NCBI RefSeq assembly: GCF_020745735.1
Contig: NC_083401.1
Span: 94,423,740-94,487,739 of the forward strand
Length of the DNA stretch: 64,000 nt
Reading direction: 5' to 3'
DNA from: Hemiscyllium ocellatum
Taxonomy: Eukaryota
Below the pieces are notes generated by a model that was given only the letters and a program-made list of their open reading frames with translations, was not told the origin of the DNA and ran no database searches. A program made the translations under genes and the position numbers. Below, piece by piece: positions 41,701 through 53,700 of the stretch. Each line of letters opens with the position of its first letter. Position 1 is the first letter of the stretch.

Positions 41701-44700
41701 GATAATCTAAATTTTTTTAACCTCTTTGTATAATCATTAAATTGACAATATTTTTTTTCTCATGTCCAACTGTGTATACCTGTTTCAGATAATTTAATCT
41801 TTTAGCTTTGTTAGAAAGGGGGATGTTGTGCTGTATTCCAAAGTCAGTATACACTGCAGCATAACATGTGACCTATAATGGTGCCATACACCACATTACT
41901 GGGGATCACTTGAAGCATTATATACTACAAGAAGAAATGCTGTTCTGTGTAACTTAATAGTTTGATGTTAGCTCAGGTACGGATATGTATGAAGAAAGTA
42001 TCTGTAATCTATCTGTAATAAATATCAATTGGATTCTTCATATCATGTCACCAATGTCTAGTTTCTTGTATTTCAAAGGATAACCTAAACTTTCCCACAT
42101 TAGGTAAAGTACCCTGCTGTGAGGAAAACTATATAATCTTCAGGTCAATTACATCTTCAGACCATGTCCACTTGTTGGAATTTTTTGAGGATGTTACCTA
42201 CAAAGGTAATAAAAAGGAGTTGATGGATGTGGTATATCAGTATTTTTACAAGGTCTTTGATTAGGTCCCTAGAGGAGGTTGGTCAGAAAAGTTAAAGCAC
42301 ATGGTTTGGGGTATTGCACAGGCATAGATTAAGGATTGGCTACCAGTCACAAAATGGAACACAGGCATACATGGGTTATTCTCACATTCTCTGTCTGTGA
42401 CCCGTGGCGTACTGCAAAGATCAGTCCTTGGAATCCAGCTGTTCATGTTATATATCAACGTATTTGATGTGGGGACCATTGTAATATTTCCAAATTTGCA
42501 AATGATACAAAGCCAAATGTAAAGGCTGTTATTTTCATAAGGGGAATGCAATGAAGGTTCACCAGACTTGTTTTCAGGTTGGCAGGACTATCCTGTGAAG
42601 AGAGATTGGGCAAACTGAGCTTGTTTTCTGGGGGAGTTTTGAAGTAACTGAGGTAATCTCATTTGAAAACTACAGAATATTTAAGGCAATAGCTAGAGTA
42701 AGATGCAGGTGTTATGTTTCCCCCGAGTAGGGAGTTTAGAACCGGGGAGCACAATTTAAAAATATTTAGAAGCAAGATGAGAATCTCTTTTGTTTAACGT
42801 TTGGTGAATTTTTGAGATTCTTTACCGGGGAGGGGTCTGAAAGCTTAGTCTCTCAATATATTTAAAATAGAAGTTGACATGTTTTTGATTATCAATGACA
42901 TAAGGGGACAGTGTGGTTAAAAAGTATTTGGTCAACCACAATCATGTTAAATACCAGAACAGGTTTGAGGAGGTGAATGGTCTACTCCTGTTCCTATGTT
43001 TCTATGTTCTTATCTACAGTTATCTACTTACCTACTAGAACTAATGGAAAGCTCTTTAGTCTTGCTCAGTCGATGACCATGAAATGATAAATCGTTGCTG
43101 TACATTGACGATGATGTACCAACATTCCATACTGAGGAACACCTGCAGTCACAACTGGACAGCCCTCGTTTCTGTAACGAGTTTAAGTTTGGCCAACAAC
43201 ATCAGGAAGGCAAGTGTCATGGTCTAGATTGTCAAGCTGACATCAATCAACATCAACAACACGACACTGGTTCAGAGCTTTGCATGTCTAGGTGCCATAA
43301 TCACAGCTATCTATCTTATGATGCTAAAAACCCTTGTGAAGCTGCAGCTGTCATGTCCAGCCCCCACAACTAAGTACTTTAGTAAGTAACTTAGTAACCA
43401 GATTGTGAACCACAAACTACTAGTCTGCCAAACTTCCATCCATAGCACATTCTTCTACAGTGGTACAATTGTCTTAACTTCTCCATTTATTCTTTTGTTT
43501 TCTGCATATTTACGTTTTTGAATTATTGACCTGTGAAAAGGCTTTTTCTGTGAATTATCTAAATGGAATCAAAAGTGTCAGTTAGGTGCAATAGTGTTGC
43601 AAGTGTAGGGCACACCCAACAGGATTTGAATTCTATGTTTGGCAGGAGAAAAGGCAGCATAGTTTCGATCTTCACTATCTCAGATGAATCCTCAGCATCT
43701 CTCGGCAGGACATGGTCACCAACTCAAGATCCTAGAGCATGCCATTCCATCAACATATATTTACTGCTAAGTAAACAATATCTGCTTTGGTTTGGCCACA
43801 TTCATCAGATGGAAGATGGCTATCTCCTATTGACCTTCTGGATAATGAATTGGGACAAAACCTCTTAGGCACCCATAACTCTGTTACAATATTTGATATC
43901 AGCATGTGAGATATGAAAATGGTGATTTTGAAATTGAAACTTCACATTCACATATTCCAGAAGCTGGCTGTTAAATGGGGATTGGAAGAGGCCAGCAGAA
44001 ATGAAAAGCTCAGTTGGCTAAATGTAAGACTTAGAGAAAACAGGCCAGTAAATTGTGAATTTTTCTGTCTATTCCTTCACACCATATGTGGAAACGAGTG
44101 ACATGTCAGAGCAGGAACTCTGAGCCATACCTGGTGATGTGTAATACAAAGCTGACTACCATAGAGCAAACAATTGTCTTACAAGATAAAAGCTGCCACC
44201 ATGATCATTACATATCCAGGAATTTCATGACTCCTGTTAATGTCAATACAAAGGATTACAGTCAGAAGGTAATTTTATGGACTTTATCAATGTTAACCAC
44301 AGAGCAATACAAGTTGTCAGAAGTTTGTGGTGAATTGGAACACATGAAATATCACAAATGTCTGGATATTTCTGGATATTTTAATGACTTAGTGGCACAG
44401 GAGCCAATCACAGTTTGGGAATATAGCAGCAACTGACTCTCCAAAGCATCTACAAGGCACAAGTCAGCAGCGAGATGGAACATTTTCCACTTGCCTGGAT
44501 GGGTGCAGCTGCAACAACTCTCAAAAAGCTTGACCCCATCCAGGACAAAGTAGCCCGCTTAATTGGTACAATATCCACAGTAGCAGCAGTGAGTACTATC
44601 TATAAGATCACTGCAGAACTTCACCAAAGATCCTTATAAGCACTTTCCAAACCCACAATCATTTCTATCTAGAAGGACAAAGGCAGAACTACATGGGAAC

Positions 44701-47700
44701 ACCACTATTTGCAAGTTGTCTTCAAAGCCACTCACCATCCTGACTTAGAAATGACTCTCCAAAGACTAACCCACCCAGACCCACTTACCTCCGACTAATG
44801 CACCTTACACTGTGGGTAATTTATCATGGCCAATTCACCTGGCCTGCACATCTTTGGACTGTGGGAGGAAACCGGAGCAACCAGAGAATATGCAAACGCC
44901 ACACAGACAATTGCCTGAGGCTGAAATCAAACCTGGGTCCCTGGCGCTGTGAGGCTACAGTGCTAACCACTGTGCTGCCCCTTTGCATGAACAACTCAGC
45001 TAGTCCCTCCAACCACCCCTTTCCCCCCATTACCCTGAAACATTGTTCTCCTCAAATGCTTATCCAATTAATTTTTGAAAGCCCTGTGTGTATCTGCCTC
45101 CATCGCACTCTCAAGTGGTACAACAGTCACTTGCAGCATAATAATGATTTTCTTTTCTTGACTCTTTTTTTTCAAATTACCTTATCTCGGTGTCCCCTGG
45201 TTCTTGATCCTTCCAGCAATGAGAACAATTCTTTTTATGCTGTATCTACAATCTTGACATTTCTGAGTCTATGTCGAGAATTCTGACAATAATTGTGGCA
45301 GAACTTGAAGAGTGAATGAGAGGCCCTATAATTTAATGTTATGGCTGATGCTTGCAATGTGTCTCAGGTATCCAGTCTTAAGCCAGTGCGCAACTTCATT
45401 TTTGTTCTGTTGGCTTCTGAAGTTCCCTGACATTCTGTGAGGCTAAAGTTGCTGGGACTGCCAGCAGTCAGAATTCCTGCTCCTTCCAATTCTAAATGAC
45501 TACCTCAGTGACCCAGTTCAGCTTGGATCTCTGCTCTATGCAAGGGCAATTGGCAATTCATAAGTTAAAATTTTACCATCTCAGTACTTTGGTGTTTATA
45601 CAGAAATGTGCTGGGACATGGAATTTCTGCCTCCATGCTCACAAGCCCCAAGAAATAGTAAGCTATTTATCACCACTAGATGGCATTTAAATACAATGCA
45701 ATGCCAAGATTCAGTGCAGTGCTTATATAAGATTATTTTATACTTTTTTTTAGACTAGATTAGAATATCTACAGTGTGGAAACAGGCCATTCAGCCCAAC
45801 AAGTCCACACCAACCCTCCGAACAGTAACCCACCCAGACCCATTTCCCTCTGACTAACGCACCTAATTTAGCATGGCCAATTCACCTGAGCTGCACATCT
45901 TTGAATTGTGAGAAAAAAACGGACACCTAGAGGAAACCCATGCAGACACGGGGAGAATGTGCAAACTCCTCACAGACAGTTACCTGACGCGGAAATTGAA
46001 CCTGCGTTCCTGACACTGTGAGGCAGCAGTGTCTAATAATATTCTGATCATTTACAGGAGATTTAAAAAACCATTTAATTTACTTTGGCTGGAAAAACTC
46101 CAGGAATATATCATGCCCATGGGATTTTGTACTGCCACTGGACTTAACCAACATGCTTTTCGCATGAATGGAGGGAGTGCTGTGATTGAGGCGGGTAGGA
46201 TGTGTAGCCCTTAAAGTGACATTCTCACTTAACACTTGAATTTGGTTACCAGGAATCTCCAAGGTCAGGTATGGAGTGTGAATATGGGAACGCAGCTGCC
46301 TCCACTTTGAATGGGCTGTGAATTCTGAAGTGGAGATAATATTGATTATCAAATCTCCGTGTGTGAAATTTTGGAATAGGGTCAATAAGGCTGAGGGCCA
46401 AGTAATGTTTGGTGATAGTTAGCCAACTTTGTAATGTTACTGTGTTTTACTTTATCCTGTCACTTCTCCACTCTTCAGAACAATGGTATAAATTGTGGTG
46501 TATTTGCATTGAAAAATGTACCCTCCTTATAAATTCTGATTTCTTTTTGCTCAGTTGTTTATTACATGGCAGAGTTTAAGCAGCAATTTCTTCCACACAT
46601 ACTGCCCACATAAGCTCCAACTCCGATACATCTCTGGCAGAGGATGTAAGAGCAGAAGCACACATCATAATTGAGGTAATACTAATGGAGATGGCAGCAA
46701 GGAGCCACAACTGATGAAACCTACTTGCAAAATGATACCGCATACTGAATTGTTGAATAAGGACCGTAGTTTACTAAAACTTTGTCTCTGGATGGTTATA
46801 ATAGCAAGTGATAGAAAGGTCCTGCAGAAAGAAAATAAAACAGTGCCATTGCTGGTCAGTAGCAAACTAATCTTTTCTTTACAGCCAAGAAGTGATAAGT
46901 TAGGCTTTGATGATAAGTTGGGCCTTGGTGGAAATCCCACGTTGCAAATGGAACATTACTTACAGCAGGTGACCAGCCTCCATTTCTTACTTGTGGGTGT
47001 ATTTGGTATTGATAATCCCATTGTGCCTGTCCATTAATAATGTTATCATAGCAAAAACATTTAGAAAACCCTCCACCAATCCATGCAACTGGACAAAGCT
47101 TTGGTTTGGCCACAACTGGAGTACTGTGTGCAGTCCTGGTCGCCACACCATAGGAAAGATATGATTGAATTGGAGGGAATACAGGGGTGAATCACCAGGA
47201 TGATGTCTGGGATGGAACATTTCAGCTGTAAGAAGAGGATAAGCTCAGTTTTCTCAGAGAAGGTTGAGAGGGTAGCCAGATAGAGTCAAAGAGTCATTGA
47301 GACGTACAGCACAGAAACATACCCTTCAGTCCAACTCATCCATGCTGACCAGATATTCTAAATTAATCTAGTCTTGTTCATAAATAATATGATGAGAGGC
47401 ATGGCCAGAGTGGATAGAATGCATTTGTTCTTCTTAGCTGCAGGGACTAAAACAAAGGACCATACCTTTAAAGGTAGAAGGTATGGAGGCGATTTGAGGA
47501 AAAATATTTTCACTCAGTGGTTGTCAGTTGGTCTGGGGGTCAGTGGAATGCACTGGGAGGGTTGTTGAGGCAGAAAGGCTCACAACCTTTAAATGTACCT
47601 GGATGAACATCTGAAGTATCATAACATTCAAGGCTATGGGCCTAGTGCAGGAAAATGGGACCAGTGGAGGTAGCAGCATACTTTTGGCAGTACACACTTC

Positions 47701-50700
47701 ATGGGCCGAAGGGCCTCTTCTGTACTGTATGATTCTATGATTAAATGAGCTGATGCAGTTGTCAGCCATTAGCAGTGAAGTTTGATCATTTAGATGTGTT
47801 TTTTTTGACCAAGATACATATAATTACCAAGCTATAAAATTTACATATTAAAACAGAAAGTCATCAAAGGAAACAAAAATAAAAGTCAACAGGTCGTGGA
47901 TGGTCTTTATTTGACCTGTGTCAGGACAAAGACACCACTTTACAAAGGCAAAACCTTTATAAAGCCGTTGTGTTTAAAACTTTCCTATTTATATTAACAC
48001 AAAATACTAGAATGGAGAAAAGTGGAAGCATACTAAACCCTTCTGGCGATAGGATCATGTGATTTGCTTTCATGCAATCAGAACCCCAAGCCGAAACCTA
48101 TAGAAACTCAGTTCCACAGTTCAACATGAAAGAGGGGTATTTTTGGACACAGGCTTTCAGACTGAGACAGACTCAGAGAGCAAAACCAACATTTCCTGAT
48201 TTTCCAAACATGGGAATGGAATGTTTTATTTTCACCACCAAGCAGAGTGTTAATAAGAATGATCCCTTTTTGAAGAGATGAAATTTGTAGACAATTATTG
48301 TTTACCCATTTTCCAGATGGTGCAATGCTGCTGGGAGCCAGTTTTGATGACACTCAGATGATTGATGGGATTTTCAAAGGATATTGAAAGACATGTTTTG
48401 GTGTGGCATGGAAAAGAGAGCCTATGGGAGGAGATTGCGGCTGTATCTGTAAGGCTGCATACCTCCTGAAAATATGGCATAATGTAAAAACATGGACAAA
48501 TTGGTTTGCTAATTGGCTAATGGACAAGTACCTTTATTGTAGTTTTGTTTTTTTATAATTATTACCTATTGCGTACTTGTTTAGTCTACATTGATTTTAG
48601 TTTTCATGGTGACTGGGAAATTCATATTTCTTTTTGAAAGGGTCTGGTCTCCAAGGGAATTATAACAAATTGGACATTCTTGTGGGATCTGAACCCACAG
48701 CCTGCAAAACAGAGAGACTGAAAATTTCCAGTGTTTAAACCTACAAGAACTTACATTTGATACGGTTGTCAGCAATTAGCAGAGAACTTTGATCATTTAG
48801 ATGTGTTTTTTTGACCAAGATACAGATAATTGCCAAGCTATAAAATATACATATTAAAACAGAAAGAATTGATGTACTCCTGCCATATTTAGTGAAATGA
48901 TAACAGGCACAATCAATCGTCAGACAATTCTAGCTGCTAGTGCCTTGAAGTTGAAAAGATTTGCAAGTTGTAGTAGTGGAATTCGAAACAGTAAAACTAA
49001 TGATTACGAAGAAGGAGAGATGTGAAGATTGATCTGGAATCTTGATGAGAAAGAAAGTTAGAAAGTGAAAAGAAATAGAAGGAAAATTTGATCCCAATAT
49101 GGAAAAATGCTGATTTTATGAACAGGGATTGGCAGGTAAATTTACAAATTACTCAGGTTTAACTCATAGCTACGATTTGAAGATGGCGAAGAAATAAATT
49201 GTCTACCATTTAAAAGCAGAACTCATGAATGTAATGGAATACTTCCCACTTGCCTGGGGTGAATAGTCGCATTCACTCATTCCACCACTGACGCTCAGTA
49301 GCAGCGGTGTGTACCATCAACACACACTGCAGAAATTCACCAAAGATTCTCCGACAACAACTTCTAAATCCATGACTACTTCCAATTAGAAAGACAAGGG
49401 CATTAGATACATGGGAACACCACCAACTGCATGTATCCGCCAAGCCACTCACCATCCTGACTAGGACATATATCACTGTTCCTTTAATGTCACTGGGTTA
49501 AATTATTTGAACACCCTTCTGAACAGCACTGTGGGACTACCCACAGCAAATGGACTGCAATGGTTCAAGAAGGCAGCTCACCACCACTTTCTCAAAGACA
49601 ACTAGAAACAGGCAATAAATATAAGCAGGAGATGGTGAAGATTAACAGCCCTTGAAACTGTTTTATCACTATCACTTCCTGTGTTTAACAAAAGCTCAAG
49701 TGATTTGGTTATCACAGGTGAAGAGTTCCAATTTTCACATTGTGACACAAAAGAGGTGCCTTTTTGTTAAAAAAACTCTCAGCCTCAGAGAACTGGAAAG
49801 AAACAAGGATGAGGTGTCACCTCCAGTGACCCGACAGCTAAGCAAAGGTAAATAGCTCTAGTGTTCAACAGTGGCATTGGGGAAGCAGTGGCAACTGCAG
49901 GAAGGACATCTTTTTTAGATTAGATTAGATTAGACTTACAGTGTGGAAACAGGCCCTTCGGCCCAACAAGTCCACACCGACCCGCCGAAGCGCAACCCAC
50001 CCATACCCCTACATTTACCCCTTACCTAACACTACGGGCAATTTAGCATGGCCAATTCACCTGACCCGCACATCTTTGTGACTGTGGGAGGAAACCGGAG
50101 CACCCGGAGGAAACCCACGCAGACACGGGGAGAACGTGCAAACTCCACACAGTCAGTCGCCTGAGTCGGGAATTGAACCCGGGTCTACAGGCGCTGTGAG
50201 GCAGCAGTGCTAACCACTGTGCCACCGTGCCGCCCTTAGAGTGCCAGGATCATAGAACAACCCAGACCATAGATAACTCATGGGCTTGAGGTTTTATTTA
50301 CTGCATTGGTGCCATAAGGAAAGTGTACACAAGAGGGATGGGAGCAAGAGCAGAGGACTGGTTTCTGATGTGCTGATCCCTGTCCTCATATTCAGTCGCT
50401 TAATCCCTAGACAGTTTTAGCTGCTGTGTGCACTGTATGCAGGTTTGGCCCCAATAGTTGAGGCTCTTAAGTTTTAACTGGCCACTTACGAGCCTCAATT
50501 ATCAGAGGGTCAGGAAGGTTGACCATTATGCTTTCTGTGGTGTAGTGGTAGTCTCCCTCCTACTAAGTCAGGAGGCCTGGGTTAAAGTCCAGTCTGCTCC
50601 AGACGTGTGTTGTAACATCTCTGAACAGGTTGACTAGGAAATAATTTACAATTCTGGTGAAAGCAGGTAAGTGATAATGTTCAGATACCCCAGTACCCGA

Positions 50701-53700
50701 CCTAATTAAATCCTCTTTGAGCCTCCAGAATCACTGGTGAAAGCAGAATATTCTGAAACATAGAAAATAGGAAATTGCCATTTGTCCCTTTGAGCCTCCT
50801 CTGTTGCTCACTGTGCATCAAGGCTGATCATTCAATTTAGTGCCCTGTTCCTGCTTAATCCCATGTCCTTTGTTCCCTCTCTGCCTAAGAACTATATGTA
50901 ACTCCTTCTTGAAAACATTCAATGTTTTCACCTCAGCTATTTTCCACAGAAAAGCATTCCACAGGCTCATTGCTCTCTGGATTAAGAAATTTCTCCTTAA
51001 CTTAGTCCTAAATGGTTTACCCCATATTCTTAAACTGGGTTCTGAACTCACCGGTCATTAGATGCATCCTTCCTGCACTTATACTGTCAAGTCTTGTTAG
51101 AAGTTTATAGGTTTGTATGAGACTTTCCCCTTTATTTTTCCAACCTCCAGTGAGTATAGTCCTAACAGATCCAGCCAGTCTGGTCATCCCAGAAATCATT
51201 CTGGAAAACTTTCATTGCATCCCCTCTATAGGTAGAACATTCTTCCTCAGGTAAGGAGATTGAAACTACACACAATATTCTAAGTATTGTCTTGCCAAGG
51301 CCTTATACAATTGCAGCAAGACATCCCTTTTCATATTTTCATTTGAATCCTCTCACTATAAAGGCCAACATATCTTCTTCACTGCCTGCATGTTTACTTT
51401 CAGCAACTGGTGTACAAGGACACCCAGGTCTCATTGCACCTATCCTATTCCCAATCAATTGCCAATCAGATAATAATCTGTCTTCCTATTTTGGTAACCA
51501 AAGTAGATAACCTCACATTATCCAAATTATACTTGATCGCCAATCTATTTGCATTCTCTGAATCCTTCTCACAGTTGACCCTCCTACCTAGCTTTGCATT
51601 TTCTTCAGGAGATATTCCATTTAGATCGCTCATCTAAATCATTAATACATTCTGTGAATAGTTGGGATCCAAATACTAAATCCCACGTACCCCACGAGTT
51701 ACTGGCTGCCTCTTGGAATATGGCCCATTTGCTATTCTTTATTTCCTGTCTGCTAATCAGTTCTCTAACCATGTCTACCTGCAATCTCGTGTGCTTTAAT
51801 TTCACACGCTAATTCCTCATGTGGGAGCTTATCAAAATATCCAGAATGAAGTTAGTGCTGTAATGGTTAGTGATTGTGTTCTCTAGAGCTTTCTGCGATG
51901 TCTTGGATAGATTCATTGGCATGAATCCTTCTTATTAATACTAGTCTTAGTTACTTATTCCAATTAGGGAAGGATGTCCACACAAAGTCTTAGACAGAAG
52001 ATCGACTCAGTCTTGTTAAATTGTGAAAATTGATTTCATTGTGCCTCATAGCTAGCTACAATACATCAAGGTAAATGATTGCCTCTGGTGAGACATCAGG
52101 TTCAAAAGATGAGTAAATATATATGAAGTATGTATTATATCTGATGAAGGCATACTTGAATAATTTACTCTGTTTTTCTCTCTCTCCACATAAGCTGCCA
52201 GACCGGCTGAGTTTCTCCAGTATTTTCTGTGTTGCTTCCAGACTTCCAACATCTGCAGTATTTAACTTTAATTCAAGTATATATAATTGTCACATTGATT
52301 TAGCTTTAGAAAAACTGGTAGTGGAGCACTGCAGCATTTTTTTAGCACTGCCCAGGATCAGTCCTCTTTATGCCTTGATGGGTAGAACTTTCTTGTGATA
52401 TCAACTGTCCCTTTCAGATACTAACTGATTTATACAACATCAGCCCATGAATTTAAACAGATTGAAATGCTGGATTTTTTGAAGTATTAAATGCTCAATG
52501 GTAAAAGGTTTAGTAAGTATAATTCTTCAGTTTGATACTGGGAATATATTAAAATTTATCTTCTGTCCAAATAAGAAGGGTGACATAGTTTAACTAATCC
52601 ACTAGATGGTGCTGAGGAGTCTCATGGCTGGAGAGCTGTTGAGAGTTTATTCCAAAAGGTTGATCTGCTGATCATTAAAGTGAAAGTCAAACCAATGCAA
52701 GATATCAATTTCTTGTGGAGATTCTCCTTCTGTTAAACAAGTGTAATGTTTTCTGTGGTATAATATTCTCTGGATGTGGGGATTATAGGATTTCTGTTGA
52801 CCAAGGTTGACCCTGTTGACTTTTTTAAATTCAGTCAAATTTAAAGTGTTTGAGCAGACCTGTGGCTTTTGGAATGCAATGATTTGTCCATCACCCATTT
52901 TGGATTGAAAAATGATCTCCTGGTTTAAATACCTGCAGCAACTTAAATAGCTGAATGTCATCGCTAAATTAAAAGCAACATCTCAAGTTCATTGCAGAAC
53001 ATTGGAGAGGCTGGTCCCTACGCAGAGTCTCAGGCCAGATTTTCAAACCAGTTACCAGGCATGAGATTGGAAGTGGACAGGCACATAATATCACAACATA
53101 AACCTCTGTATCAGTTTTTGCAGCTAAGCTGATCCTGATCATGTTTTCTTTTGTGATGAAAAGTGTAAGATTTCTTTTATTTTATCAAACATTAATAATT
53201 TAGAGCTTGAATTTTAAAATAGTGGCATATAGGGTGAGTTGCTTTTCTGAAGCATTTAAAAATGACTAGCTCAGACAGTCCTTCTGGAACAATGACCTAA
53301 TTTAGTATGTGTCAGAGCGCAGGATGCCTCTGGTGTGTTAATGAAAAATTGCTTGTACTGTGCTGGTTATGATAGGGAGTGCAAACATTGAAGCCATTCA
53401 CTTGTTTTTGGTTCAGGATAGTCAGTTATTGATTTTAATCAACATGGTGATTGAAAAACTAGAATAGTTTGGAGGAATCCTGATTGGGGTCAGAAACAAA
53501 TAACGTTTCTCCTAAAAAAAAAGGTTATAGGTCAGTTCAGGGAAAGCATAACTACCTCAGTAGAAAAGTTTAATTTGTGCAGCTTTGTAGACCATGAGTG
53601 ACCAGATCATACCATCAGCCCACAACTTGTCCCCCCGTGGACCTAGTCCCTGGCCCCACCCTACTGCTACCACCACCAGACTCGATTCACCATTCTTCAC

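Noticed and set aside
43040-43870. Possible RTE-clade LINE remnant ([15 protein letters not shown])
   Set aside because: Too decayed to bound or classify confidently
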